Assembly (NCBI GenBank): GCA_951406725.2
Contig: OX597827.1
Coordinates: forward strand, 558,001 to 622,000
From: Octopus vulgaris
Taxonomy: Eukaryota
Direction of reading: 5' to 3'
DNA: 64,000 nt
Positions 45,371-59,396 of the stretch are shown one piece after another. Under the pieces are notes generated by a model. That model was not told the origin of the DNA and ran no database searches. It was given only the letters and a program-made list of their open reading frames with translations. Made by a program: the position numbers and the translations under genes. How positions within the stretch are numbered: the first letter of the stretch is position 1; each line of letters opens with the position of its first letter.

Positions 45371-45671
45371 ATCACGGAGATGTACTTGCATAGCAATTGA
45401 TTTGATCTTAGATCGTGTGCTGGAACGAAAACAATTGCAGCGTGGAAGGTGTTTGTAAGCCATTTAAGAAACACACAAAAGCCGTTCGATTCACTTCAAC
45501 ATTTAAGTTTAATTTGTCAAGAGATGCAGCACGGATTTTTGTCAATGAACAGGTCGCGGTCTTATAGCGACGAAAATATTTTGACAAATTAAACTTAAAT
45601 GTTGAAGTGAATCGAACAGCTTTTGTGTGTTTTTTAAATGACTTGCAAACACCTTCCATGCTGCAATTGTT
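45371..45671. mobile_element. Head-to-head inverted Penelope-like pLTR pair between (TA)n tracts
   Basis: 91-bp inverted arms 45430-45520 / 45581-45671, with a hammerhead-like fold in the spacer. Confidence 0.75.
45538..45588 (+). ncRNA. Variant minimal hammerhead (core AUGAACA)
   Basis: TTTGTCA-ATGAACA-G-GTCGC-GGTCTTATA-GCGAC-GAAA-ATAT-TT-TGACAAA: 7-bp stem I, 5-bp stem II, palindromic AATATT. Confidence 0.6.
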
Positions 45672-45704
45672 ATATACATATATATATATATATATATACA
45701 TACA

Positions 45705-45752
<48 letters not shown>

Positions 45753-45779
45753 CATATATATATACATATATATATACAG

Positions 45780-45830
<51 letters not shown>

Positions 45831-46397
45831 TACATATATATATTTACAAACACATGCACATACATACAACCATATATCCATATCAAAATAAGTAAGAAAT
45901 GGAACAGGTAAAATAAATAGGGTCTACGTCGATATAGTTCCAGTGTACCAGTTCCATTCAAACCTTCTTCTAATTCATAGCAAAGTGATGCTTGCTACAT
46001 AAGTTTGCAACCTACACAAAAGCAGCTTGGCTTGTCTTCAGGTCCTGTGACCTCTGTGTTGTTTACATTGTCATTGTGAAGCTGAGGAATGGTAAGTGAG
46101 AAAAGAAAGAAAAGCAAAAAGAAGATTAAAACAAAATGTACACACACACACAGACACACAGACACACAGACAGACAGACACACACACATACACACAAGGA
46201 GCAAAAAGGATTAATAAATCCAGGTAGATATCTATAAAGTGTTGATAATGTGTTAGCACCTACTTTTGGATATGTTAATTTGCCTGGTATTTGATACTTT
46301 CTTCTGTAACTAAACATGATGGCATAAAAGAAAAGATCATTGGTGATGTATGCCATAATCACCAAATAAAGATGTGATTCTCTCCATTCTTCTTGCT

Positions 46398-46442
<45 letters not shown>

Positions 46443-46589
46443 CAAAAAACCATGTGTGTATTTACCAAACCAAAACAAATGACTGGGTCCTGGTGCAGCC
46501 CCCACCACCAGCTTACTAGTTCTGTTTACACCTCCTTTTAACCCATGCCAGCATGGAAGACAGACATTAAATTACGATGATGATGATGA

Positions 46590-46719
<130 letters not shown>

Positions 46720-47431
46720 AGTGTGTGTGTGTATTTACATACACACTCACATACATGCACATAGATTTTTGAGGGAGAAAATGAATGAAATATTCTACAA
46801 AACATTTTGATGAATATTTTTTGCAAGAATATTCCAATTTTCTTGAATTTAAACACTGAAAATCTACTCATGTTGACTGATTGTCTGTCTATTGATGGTT
46901 CCATTTGATGAAATCAAAGTTATCCAGAATAAAAATTTTACTGGATATTGCTTGTTTTTTTCTCCTAAGGAATCTGTGTGTGTGTGTGTATCTTTCAATC
47001 CATGCTAATATGGAAAATAGATCTTAAATGATGATGATAATGATGACAAACACATGTGTGTGTGCAGGCCTTTCACTGTGTGTATGTATATAAGTGTATG
47101 TCTATATATATATTTATTTATCTATCTACATATATATGTGTGTATACCTGTGTTTGTGGTGGGGTGGATATTTGTGTATTCATTTCTTTTTGTGTCCACT
47201 TGCATGGTTATATGAGGAATATGTTACTAAGACATTGTCTATAGTCTGGTGCTCTTCCTGTTGCTAACCCTTACCTGATTTTCAAGCAAGGTAATTCCTT
47301 ATTCCATGCAAGTTTTAAGCTGGTTCATTGACAAGCGAATTAGCAATAACACTTTTGGCAAAGTAAGTAGGATGTAAACAAGCACATAGGCATTCCCATG
47401 CACACATGAAAGAAGCCTGTCATATATTATA

Positions 47432-47930
47432 TATTATATAAAATCTGTTGTCTGTCTGTGTGTGTCTTCTAGGATCTCGGGCATCCTTCATCCGATTGCG
47501 CTCAAATTTGATATGTAGATACTTATGGTATCAGGGTGTTTATAAGTCTTGAAAAAATTACAAAAATTGATTCCAGGTGACAATGCGATCGATAAAGCCG
47601 TTTTTGTCCTGCTTTTCTTCCGTCAACCTGTACATAACTGCACCTTCCATTTTTTGTTGTTTTTGTACTGCTTAAAGGCATGTTTCTTTCCTGCCAAGCT
47701 TACTGTTTAAACCATGTTTGTGTTCTCCCAGTCAACAGCCTTATCATTACCGGTACTTTAAACTCTTCGGTTGCATATTTGTGTGAATAAAATCATTTTT
47801 CTATGGAATAGAAAAAGTCTATCTTCATTTCTTCTTTTGCTGGTGTCTCAAATTTAAGTTAAATCAGGGGAGGCCTATGGGACAGTCGGTCAAGTTGTTT
47901 TGAGAAAATTTGGTTTAGATATTTGACAAT
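47432..47930 (+). mobile_element. Helitron/DINE-1-like element, 5' part
   Basis: tatatataaaa..(gtct)n..ccgattgcgctcaaatttg has the same layout as the 5' ends at 1380 and 3241; no 3' CTAG end seen. Confidence 0.45.
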
Positions 47931-47931
47931 T

Positions 47932-48082
47932 CAGGAGTGGCTGTGTGGTAAGTAGCTTGCTAACCAGCCACATGGTTCAGTCCCACTGCGTGGCACCTTG
48001 GGCAAGTGTCTTCTGCTATAGCCCTGGGCCGACCAATCCCATGTGAGTGGATTTGGTAGACGGAAACTGAAAGAAACCTGTC

Positions 48083-48138
<56 letters not shown>

Positions 48139-48348
48139 GTTTGTGTGTCTGTGTTTGTCCCCCTAGCATTGCTTGACAACCGATGCTGGTGTGTTTACGT
48201 CCCCGTCACTTAGCGGTTCAGCAAAAGAGACCGATAGAATAAGTACTGGGCTTACAATGAATAAGTTCCGGGGTCTATTTGCTCGACTAAAGGTGGTGCT
48301 CCAGCATGGCCGCAGTCAAATGACTGAAACAAGTAAAAGAGTAAAAGA
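47932..48348 (+). mobile_element. CORE-type SINE, full length
   Basis: Near-consensus, CpG-retaining copy. Confidence 0.9.
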
Positions 48349-49195
48349 GAGTCCATTGGGGCATTTTGCTCATATATATACATATATATATATATGTACA
48401 TTTATATAATGTATATATACCACCATTTGTTACTCTATCCTTTCTGATTATGCCTATTCATCTGTCAATATATGTATCTACTTACCTATTTCCCTACCTT
48501 CCTTCATACATTCACACACACACACACACACACACACATTTACACACACACATTTATACATTGTATATAAAGACAAGGTGTTTTACTTATGTCTATTACA
48601 TACAATGTGGCCTAATCTATAGTAATACACTGTAGGTGTTGTACATAACAACATATATATATGCATATATCTATGTATGTAAGAGTGTGTGGGTAAACAT
48701 ATGTATATACTTATTATCTATCTTCTGTTTCTTTGTCAGTCTGTCCGACCATTTGCCAGTCTGTCTATCACAGTATGCTGCATAGCAAATGTTAAAATAA
48801 ATGTTTCTTGTATCCAGTTCCATAGATCAGTTCATAGATTTGCATCTGTTAGGGACATTATTGATTATATTGCTCCCATAATTCTTATTTTCACTTGAAG
48901 ATAGGATTAAAGAATTAAAGGAAAAACAGAAAAAAAAGATGTTAAGAAGAAATGGGCTAAATAAATGGATGGAAAATATAAAATATTTCTTTCAGAAACA
49001 TTTTCATCCATTTTTCTTCTTTCCCCATTTATCTTTTTTTTTTTTAAATTATTATTAGTTTTGTCTTTACTTTTTATCATTTTTCTTTCTCACTTTGGAC
49101 ATTTAAGGAATAAATGAACATAAAAATAAATACCTACCACCAAGAATGAAACACATACATACATAAAAATTAAGTACATAGATACATACATCTAT

Positions 49196-49243
<48 letters not shown>

Positions 49244-49678
49244 TGCAGACATAAATAACTACATCCCTCCATCCATACAACACACATACACACACACATG
49301 AATATATGCATATAAATACTTACATACATACCTACATACATACATTAATACATTTGCATATGCATACATGCATACATACATAAATACATAGACACAATTA
49401 TACATACATACACACATACATACAACAGCTAAGCCTCAATATAATGGCTAAAATCAATGTGAAGAATTAAGTTGGTGCCATTTAAGATATCACCAAGTAC
49501 TTTGAATGCTGAAATCTCAATTTTTTTTCTTTCTTTCTTCCCCCTCACCCCTTTTTGAAAGAATTTATGTAGACATTTAAATTTTTTTAAAAGAATTTAA
49601 AATAGACTGATCTGTCACACAACATCTTTTCACTCGTGATAAATAAATGAATAAATAAATAAATAAATAAATAAGTAA

Positions 49679-49716
<38 letters not shown>

Positions 49717-50185
49717 CTATTTTTCTTATCATTATCACCATCATCACCATCATCATCCCTGTCCTCACAATCATCATCATCATTGCTATCTCCATCATCT
49801 TTTGGCTTTACAAATTGTTTTCTTGTCAAACCACAATTCTTAGGTATTCTTGAATGATCCAACAAAGAATATTATATATATTTTGTTGTTGTTGCTATCA
49901 TCATCACCATCATCACCATCATCATCATCATCGTCGTTATTATTATTCTTATTTTTTTGCATCAAGCATGTTTCCACTCATACATTCATAAATATTAATG
50001 TATATATATATCAATATATACATATAGCTTTAAATGCATACACTACATCATATATGCATAAAACATTTGTATATACCAAGCATTGGGCACAGACTTATTC
50101 AGTAAATTATGCGCATAATAAAATAAAAAATAAAAATAAGAACTACTAGTACTATTTTCTTCTTCTTCTTCTTCTTCTTCTTCTT

Positions 50186-50266
<81 letters not shown>

Positions 50267-50269
<3 letters not shown>

Positions 50270-52310
50270 TAGTTTTATTTTTATTTTTATAGCGTGCTTT
50301 CACTTCACTACCGAGCGCAGCTCTGTGTGCCTTGGGTATGTGCTGTGATTTGTTGTGATGCTCTGATGGTTATTGTATGGAAAGTGTTCTGCGTAGGATG
50401 TGGGCAGTGCCTAGTAGTGCAATTTTCTGTATGTTATATGTGTTTGTAAGTCCTGGTGTTTTTGTTATGTATTTGTCTGAATATTTTTTTATCATGCCTA
50501 ATGCACCTACTATGATAGGAATTGTTTCTGTTTTCAGATTCCACATTCTAGTTACCTCTATTTCCAGGTCTTTGTATTTTGAGAGTTTCTCCATTTCTTT
50601 TAGAGACACGTTGTCATCTGCCGGTATTGATACATCAATTAAAAAGCATTTTTTTTCTTCATGATCTCTGACAACTATATCTGGTCTGTTGGCCTTAATT
50701 TCTCTATCTGTGTGTATCGGCATATCCCAGAGTATGGTTGCTTTCTCGTTTTCTGTGACCTTTTCTGGTGTGTGCCTATACCATCTTTTTTCTGTTGTTA
50801 TTCCATAATGTTGGCATAGCTTCCAATGTATGTAGGTTCCAACTCTGTCATGTCTGTGAATATATTCCTTCTTAGCCAGGACTGGGCAGCTAGAGATAAT
50901 ATGATTTATTGTTTCTTGTCCATCTCCACATATTCTGCAGTTACTTGTAATATTTCTTTTCATTACATGTTTTTGGTAATTTCTGGTGGGGAGGCTTTGG
51001 TCTTGTGCTGCAATTAAAAATCCCTCTGTTTCTGCTTTGAGTCCTGAGCTTCTCAACCATTGCTGGGATTTTTCTTTGTCTATTTCTTTTGCGTTTAGTT
51101 TAGTGCAGTATTTACCATGAAGGGGCTTTTCTTGCCATCGTTTTATCATGGTTCGTTGCTGTTCTGTTTTTAGTTTGGATTTCATTTGTTTTATAGCTTT
51201 TGTTGTTTCTTCATCTTCTTCTTCTTCTTCATGTTTATTAGGTGGTATGATTTCTTGTTTGTATTTGTCAGCTTCCTTAAATACTGAGAACAGTTTTTTG
51301 TTTTGCTCGTGTTTTGCCGCTATCTGGATCAGTTTTCCTTCCTTCTGAAGTAGATATTTTTGCAGTCCTATGGTGGTTATTTTATAGTAGTTTTCCAGCT
51401 GTATAAGGCCTCTACCACCTTCCATACGTTGTATATATAGTCTTTCTATGTCAGATTTTGGGTGATGCATCCTAGATCCTGTCATTATTTTTCTTGTTTT
51501 CCTATCTATTTTGGTCAGTTCATTTCGTGTCCAGTTAAGGATATTGTAGCTGTAACTTATAACTGGGACAGCTAAAGTGTTGATACCTATTATCTTGTTT
51601 TTAGTATTGAGCTCTGTGTTTAGTATTGATCTAACTCGTCTATAATATTCTTTTTTTATTTTCTCTTTCATTTGTGTGTGTTGTGTCTTATCTAGTTCAT
51701 GGATTCCTAAGTATTTGTAAGTTTGGCTTTGGTCTAATTCTTTTATTTCATTGGTTTTATCTAGTGTGATGTTGTTACTCTTAACTAGTTTTCCTCTTTT
51801 CATGGTTACTTTGGCGCATTTTTCTAATCCAAATTTCATATCTATTTCTTTGGTAAATCCATGAACTGTCTTTAATAGTGTTTCCAGCTGTTTGTCATTT
51901 GCAGCGTATAGTTTTAGGTCATCCATATATAAAAGGTGGCTGATCGTTTTGCCGTAACATTTATATCCGCATCCAGTTCTATTTAGCATATCAGATAGAG
52001 GTGACAGTGCCAAGCAGAAAAGGAGTGGAGAGAGCGTGTCTCCCTGGAATATTCCTCTTCTAATGGGGATGTCTTTGGTTTTCATGAGTCCCTCTTTTGT
52101 TTGGAGGTGTAGGACTGTTTGCCATTTATTCATAGAGTGCTCTATGAATTTTATGATTGTTGGTGCTACTTTGTTAATGGCTAGTGTTTCGAGGATCCAT
52201 GTGTGGGGGATGCTATCAAACGCCTTTTTGTAGTCAATCCAGGCCATACTGAGGCCTTTCTTCTTTCTGTGGCTGTCTTCAGTTATGGCTTTATTAATCA
52301 TTAGTTGATC

Positions 52311-52313
<3 letters not shown>
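50267..52313 (-). mobile_element. 5'-truncated R4/Dong-type non-LTR retrotransposon inserted in (TAA)n
   Basis: (TAA)n on both sides; ~100-bp 3' UTR; uninterrupted ORF with RT and REL domains. Confidence 0.92.
50370..52313 (-). CDS. Reverse transcriptase + CCHC knuckle + restriction-like endonuclease (N-terminally truncated)
   Basis: WIDYKKAFDS, GIFQGDTLSPLLF, YMDD, CRICGDGQETINHIISSC, RHD, RPDIVV..LIDVSIP..KLSKY; no stops over ~647 codons. Confidence 0.9.
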
Positions 52314-52370
<57 letters not shown>

Positions 52371-52442
52371 TATAGCTGACCTAGTAGGACATATTTTTGA
52401 CTTGCTCTTCAAAGCGAAAGTTATTTCCCCACATGAAATAAT

Positions 52443-52872
52443 TTGGCTGTGTGGTAAGAAGTTTGTTCCCCAACCACATAGTTCCAGGTTCAGTCCCACT
52501 GCATGGAACCTTGGACATGTCTCTTCTACTATAGCCTTGGGCCAACCAAAGCCTTGTGAATGGATTTGGCAGATGGAAACTGAGAGAAGCCCATCAAATC
52601 TATCTATGTATATATCTATCTTACTATATAAACATATGTGTGTGTATGTCCAGTTCTTTGTGTCTGTGTTTGACCCCCACCATAGCTTGACAACTGGTGT
52701 TTGTTTTGATTATGTTCCTGTAACCAAGTGGTTCAGCAAAAAGAGATCGACATAATAAGTTCCAGACATAAAGTAAAAAAAAAAAAGTACTGGGGCTGTT
52801 TCATTTGACTAAAAGTTTTTCAAAGCAGTGCTCCAGCATGGCCACAGTCTAACGACAGAATCAGAGAAAAGA
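52443..52872 (+). mobile_element. CORE-type SINE, full length, diverged
   Basis: Head and tail motifs present. Confidence 0.8.
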
Positions 52873-52944
52873 CATATGTATGTGTATGTATGTATGTGTG
52901 CGTATGTGTGTGCATGTGTGTGTATGCGTATGTGTGTGTGTGCA

Positions 52945-53200
52945 TGTGCATGTGTGTATTTGTGTCACCTTGTTTTGACCTTGTGTAATAGTTGTAAATG
53001 ATAGTCCCTGTCATACAAGCAGTGTCATTCATTTCTAACATGCTGTGTGAACATGTTGCCTATGGGGAAATATTATTTTGCTCAGGAACAATTAATGGTT
53101 GGTGATAGGAAGAGCATCCAGCTGCAGAAAATCTGCCTCACTAAACTCTGTTTGATCCATGCAAGAATGGAAAAGTGGATGTCAAAATAACGAGGGTGAT
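52945..53200 (+). mobile_element. Repeat 'tail B'
   Basis: Matches 40170-40400 and the inverted copy at 29835-30010. Confidence 0.6.
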
Positions 53201-53639
53201 TTTTTAAATCTCTCCCAAACCATTCAAATCCCTTTTGCTCCTTATTGACCATGTAGCAGTTTTTCTAGACATCATTTTAGCATAGAATTCCATAGCATTA
53301 GTTTTATCTTAGTTTTTAGCATTTCTAACAATTTCTGTTTGCTTTTTGTTGGCTTACTTAAAGGCAGAAATCAACTTTTCATCTTTTTAGCAATTTACGT
53401 TAGTTTTTGATTATAACTTACAAAATATTTTTGGAGCTATAAAGTGGATATTTTTATCTAGTTTATTTTATCTAGGTTCAGCTCTTGAGCTGTGGTGATG
53501 CTGGGGCACCGCCATTTTAGAATTGTTTTCTAATTGCACAAGATCACCATCTCCATGCATCCATCATAAATATAATATATCTCTATGTCTAATTTTGTAT
53601 TGTGTCTCTGAAATGTAGTCATTATTTTCTGGTTTTTAA

Positions 53640-53756
53640 GGCAGCAAACTGGCAGAAACATTAGCATTTCTGAGCGAAATGCTTAGCGGTATTTTGTCTG
53701 TCTTTATATTCTGAGTTCAAATTCTGCCAAGGTCAACTTTGCCTTTCATCCTTTCT
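53640..53756 (+). mobile_element. Nin/Deu-domain SINE, 5' part
   Basis: ggcagcaaactggcagaa..gagttcaaattctgcc..tttgcctttcatcctttc. Confidence 0.7.
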
Positions 53757-53803
53757 AGTTCATTTTATGTTGTTTACTGTTTGTGACGTCCTGTACCCAT
53801 ATA

Positions 53804-53885
<82 letters not shown>

Positions 53886-53950
53886 CATATATATATATAT
53901 ATTATTTACATTATTATTTGATTGAACACCATGCTTCCATTTCCAGGTGT

Positions 53951-53985
<35 letters not shown>

Positions 53986-54255
53986 CACACATACAGAAAA
54001 AGATACTGAGAAATTTTGTAGAAATTTTGCTTATGGTAATTTATTCAAAGGAAGTTTTATGAAGATTTGCCACTTGTAAAAAAAACCAAAACCAAATTTA
54101 AACTTGTAGTGAACAGAAATATACACTTTTAGGAATCTAAAAATGTGTCTGAACCAATCATCTGCAAACTCAACCATTCCAGCAAATTGTATGAAATTGA
54201 GCATCACAAATGAAGAGCAAAAGGTACTGGAATATATGGAAACATTCCTCGAGAG

Positions 54256-54415
54256 CAGCTGTTCTCAATTGGGGTCCATTTGACCCCTAGGGATCCATAT
54301 AAGTTTTTGTGGAGTCCATGTAAGCAAATTAATAAATTGGAGATCCACAATAATATTTTAAAGGTCCATAAGAAAATTTTGAGATCCATTGTAAAGAAAT
54401 GGTTGAGAACAACTA
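54256..54415. mobile_element. hAT-like MITE
   Basis: Imperfect TIRs agctgttctcaa / ttgagaacaact; internal ggtccat repeats; no TSD seen. Confidence 0.55.
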
Positions 54416-54457
54416 AATGAACAGGATTTCAGCAAAAGATTAAAACCAATTCAGATA

Positions 54458-54867
54458 GGTGCAGGAGTGGCTGTGTGGTAAGTAGCTTGCTTACCAACCA
54501 CATGGTTCCGGGTTTAGTCCCAGTGTGTGGCATCTTGGGCAAGTGTCTTCTACTATAGCCTCGGGCTGGCCAAAACCTTGTGAGTGGATTTAGTTAACGG
54601 AAACTGAAAGAAGCCCATTGCATATATGTATATGTATATATATGTGTGTGTTTGTGTGTCTGTGTTTGTCCCCCTCAACATCATTTGACAACCGATGCTG
54701 GTGTATTTATGTTCCCCGTAACTTAGCGGTTCAGCAAAACAGACCGATAGAATAAGTACTAGGCTTACAAAGAATAAGTCCTGGAGTCGATTTGCTCAAC
54801 TAAAGGCGATGCTCCAGCATGGCCACAGTCACATGACTGAAACAAATAAAAGAGTAAAAAAGTAAAG
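54458..54867 (+). mobile_element. CORE-type SINE, full length
   Basis: Aligns end to end with 35148-35568. Confidence 0.9.
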
Positions 54868-54939
54868 TGTGAGTATTGCTATGATTCTGATTAGTTTCAA
54901 TGTGACCAGCCTCTACATGAATATACCCCATAATTTAGG

Positions 54940-56440
54940 ATTAGAAATTATGGAATTCTGGATAAATACCCACACAAAATTCAGAAGTTCTTATAAGAAT
55001 TCTATCTAGAAAGATTAGGATTGGTGATAGAAAACAAATACTTCTTTGATAACTAATATTACCTTCAAATAAAAGAGATGGCTACAGACATGAAAGTTGC
55101 AGTCATTTTGCAACACTAGAGATGGGATTCATTGAAGAAACAAAATCTAAACCTGATCTGGGATTACTTTTGATCAACGCTTCCAATCTTTGACTGGAAA
55201 AATTACCTGGATAACTGCTTCATATTTTTGGAACAGAAGTGAAGAAGTCCTTACAAGGCTCCTTCAATTAATTAATAACATTCATGCATTGATCCAATGA
55301 AAAATAATGAATAAGTGAAAGAGAACTTACTTTTTGGTTGTTTTGGTAATTAAGGAAAATGAAACTGTTACAACTGATATCTGTTGTAAGGACACAGACA
55401 CACAACAATACTTAGATTTTTGATCTTGCTGTTCATCATATTACCCCATCTAACATGGCAAAAATGTATATATTCAATAGTTAGAGACTCAAGCAGGTAA
55501 GAGAAAGACAAGTGGTAAAACTAAATACATTGCTCCAGAAAAACTCACTAAACCATGCCATAATCAGGCAAAACTTATGAAGAAATCCTCACAACGAAGG
55601 GCAAGAAAAAAAAACATAAATCTTTCATTTGTTCTCACCACATCTTACACCTGGTAAGAAACCACATTTTACATCTGGTTAAATGATACTTTCAAATTGT
55701 ACAGAAATCATAAAATCTTAGCAAACTAATTAAATAGGTACAAATTATTAAAAGCCAAAGATTAAAGACAATAGCAGAAGAATTTACATCAGGAGAAATA
55801 ATGCAGATAGCAAAATGTGGAGACCTTCATTTTGGGGTGTGTAGATTGATTACAAGTAAGTTCACTGCCATCAATTCACCGGAGGGAAAGTTCACTATGA
55901 AGAAAGTTCAACTCGAGGAAAGTTTATCACGAAAATATATCCATAGTATCTCACCATTAATAGTCAAAAACTATTTTATTGGGAAAAACAAAAACAAAAA
56001 CAAAAAAACAGTGAATTGATGACAGTGAATTTTCCCTGCAGTGAATTGATGATGATGAACTTACTGGACATGGTGTAAATTAATTGAAAAGGGCAGAAAC
56101 CAACAGATTCAAGAATGGAAATGAATTGATAGTTAAGGCAAATATGAATTGGCAGACAGAAAAAATCTCATTCACTGCAACTCAAGCCCAAAATATGATG
56201 AAAGTTATATCAGCCAAACGGAATCAAAATTTGCAGAACTGTATTTACAGAAGAGTATATAAGCAATATTTCAAAGATTCATCTCTTGGAAATGTTCCAT
56301 GTAGTGAGCATTTAGACATTTGTGCAAACAGAAGATTCAAAGTATTCCTTTTTACAATATAATTTAAGAAAATGATCAATAATGAAAATCAAAAGACTAT
56401 TTTATAAGAATTCTAAATTTGAAACTAAACTGGAGATAAT
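54940..56440 (+). pseudogene. Highly decayed Penelope-like element
   Basis: YYLQIKEMAT..KVA (cf. QxxGxAMG), WKNYLDNCFIF (cf. YLDD), TDICCKDTDTQQYL, YISQT (cf. YIGQT), HLDICA. Confidence 0.65.
55853..56068. mobile_element. MITE with repetitive subterminal inverted repeats, nested in the Penelope remnant
   Basis: agtaagttcactgccatcaattcaccggagggaaagttcact mirrors the reverse complement of 56020-56066; ~15-bp subunits. Confidence 0.65.
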
Positions 56441-56742
56441 AAACACTGATGCTAACAACAACTACCTCTTTACAAATTACATTAAAATATGTATTTGAAA
56501 AGCTGAACATTTTTCATAAGATTTGTGTCAATCTGTGTTTTTAAAGTAATTTTTTTTTTAATATAAGAAATAACTTTTAATTTAAGAAAATATTTCTTCA
56601 AATTTTTTGATTGTATCAAGAATTTCTTTCTGAAAACTATATATATTTACATCCACATTTACATGCATATACATATATATATACTCACATTTACATATAT
56701 ATATATATGTGTGCATTATATGGGTGTATGTATATGTGTAAA

Positions 56743-56773
<31 letters not shown>

Positions 56774-57719
56774 GTATATGTGTGTGTGTGTATACATACA
56801 GTATATATATATATACATACATTTCTATGTATGTATGTATGTATGTACCTGTCTATCTATAAATGTATACATGCATATATATGTGTCACAACTACACCTT
56901 AACATAGTTACTACCTAACGCGTAGCTCAATGAATCCTATAAAGCACTAAAGTGCATGTGTCTATATTTATGTGTGAGTCTATCTATCTATATATATATA
57001 TGTGTGTGTGAGTGTGTTTGTGTGTGAATGCAGAAAGTAAGAGTGAGAGTCAGGGAAACAGACAGAGGGAGGGAGAGATGGAGAGAGAGAGTGAAAGAGA
57101 GATCAAACGAAACGGGTGAGAAATTATGGCTGTGTCCATCGGCAATCATTAATGTAAGGAATGGGCACAAATAATATAAACGTGACAATAGTTACACACA
57201 CACACTCACACGCACCCCCCCACACACACACACACTCACATGCATGTCTATACATGCACGCACATATTTCACCCATCTCTGTTTTATTACAAAAGATTTC
57301 ATTTTTATTTTTTATTATATTTCTTCTTTTTATTTTCTTTTTCAACATTTGTCTCCCCTTTGCATAAAACTTTAGTGATTTATCTTTGGCTCATGCATTG
57401 GGGGGGGGGGGAAGGATGCAAATAATTTTTCAATGACAATAGCAAGAACAACAACAATCATAGTGTATATGAATGGAAACAGACATATATCGGAATATGT
57501 CAAAGATTATTTGTGTGTTTCCACTGTGTTCTTTTTTCAATAATTTTTTCCTATAAAATTTTTTCTGTTCTTTTTTGCATATTTGTTAATTTTTTGTAAA
57601 CTTCAGTTTTATGAGTTACCAGGAAAGAAAAAAAGAATTTTTACTTGGACTAATAAATATATTGCTATCTATAATCTTCAAAGACACTTCTGGATAATAA
57701 TATTAACAACAACAATAAG

Positions 57720-57989
57720 GTAGTTGTTGATGATGTTGATCTTAGTGGTGGTGATGACAATGATGATGATGATGGTGATGATGATGATGGTGGTGGTGGT
57801 GATGGTGGTGGTGGTGGTTGTGGTGGTGGTGGTGGTTGTGGTGGTGGTGCTAATGATGTGATGATGATGATGGTAGAGACGATGATGATGATGATGATGA
57901 TGATGACGATGATGATGGTGGTGGTGGTGGTGGTGGTGATGATGATGTGATGATGGTGGTGGTGGTGGTGGTGGTGGTGGTGGTGGTGG

Positions 57990-58044
<55 letters not shown>

Positions 58045-58320
58045 TGTGGTGATGGTACTGGTGGTGGTACTCATAATGATGATGATGGTAGTGAGGATGA
58101 TGATGATGATGATGGTGATGGTCATAGTGATGATGAAAAGTGAAAATAACAATAATGATGAAAATGATGACAATGAAACTGATAATACTGATGGTGAAGA
58201 TAATAATAATAATAATAATAATAATGATAATAATAATAATAATAATAATGATAATAATAATAATAATGATAATAATAATAATAATGATAATAATAATAAT
58301 AATGATAATAATAATAATTG
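57720..58320. repeat. Compound (GAT)n/(GGT)n/(AAT)n microsatellite
   Basis: Direct reading. Confidence 0.95.
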
Positions 58321-59343
58321 CTACACGATAATGAATTTGATGACGATGGTGATAATGGTAGAGAATAGAGGAATAATAAAATTTGAAATCAAATGAAATA
58401 AAACAGTTTTTGCTGAATTCTGATCTTGTAATGAGAAATACTAGAATAAAGAAATCTAACGACAAATATAAAAAAGTAGTAAAAATGGAAAAATGAAATA
58501 TTCACATATTCTTGCAAGTACAAACATATACTTATGTATGTATGTGTGTGCATGTATGTGCGTATATATATGAATATATATATATATATATATATATGCA
58601 TATGTATGTGTGTGTTTGTATGCATTTGTGCATTATAATTCATCCGTAGCCATCAGAGCTAAGATGGCCAACATTCGAAATTTAGAAAGGAGATCCACAG
58701 GATATGCAGTAAATGCAGTGAGATAGGAAGCTAAAAAATCAACAAGATATAATTCCAAAAAGTCTTTGTAGAGAATACATAAACACACACACATATGCAT
58801 AGACGTACACACATAAGCATATATATATATATATATATATATGCGCATATGTGTGTGTTATATAAATATATATGTATGTGTGTGTACATATATCTTTGTG
58901 TGTATGTGTATATATATTTAAACCCACAAATAAAGAATATTTATCCACCAATGCAATGTTGAACACTTATTCCCACTGTTTGATATTAATGTATATATGT
59001 ATATATATGTATATGTATGTGTATAAATCTATCTATTATTTATGTATATATATATATATATAAGGATAAGATCATTAATTTAAAATAAAATAACGATCTC
59101 ATCAAGTGGCCAGCATGGAGAAAATAACCTTCAAAGGTAATAATTATTAAAATTATAAATTAGGGTATCTACGAGATACCGCCATGCTGAAAATAGCAGC
59201 TGCAGCCAAATCTATCCCTTTCATAAGGAAAAACACATTTGATAATATATTGCTAAACATTATGTTATAAATGAGAGGTTATATGGATGGGATGTTTTTG
59301 ATCATCCAGCATGGTGGTATCTTGTAGATACCCTCAGTGATAA

Positions 59344-59396
<53 letters not shown>

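Noticed and set aside
52314-52499. N-terminal 62 aa of the 709-aa ORF
   Set aside because: Chance read-through of an antisense SINE and the (TAA)n flank; not part of the retrotransposon.
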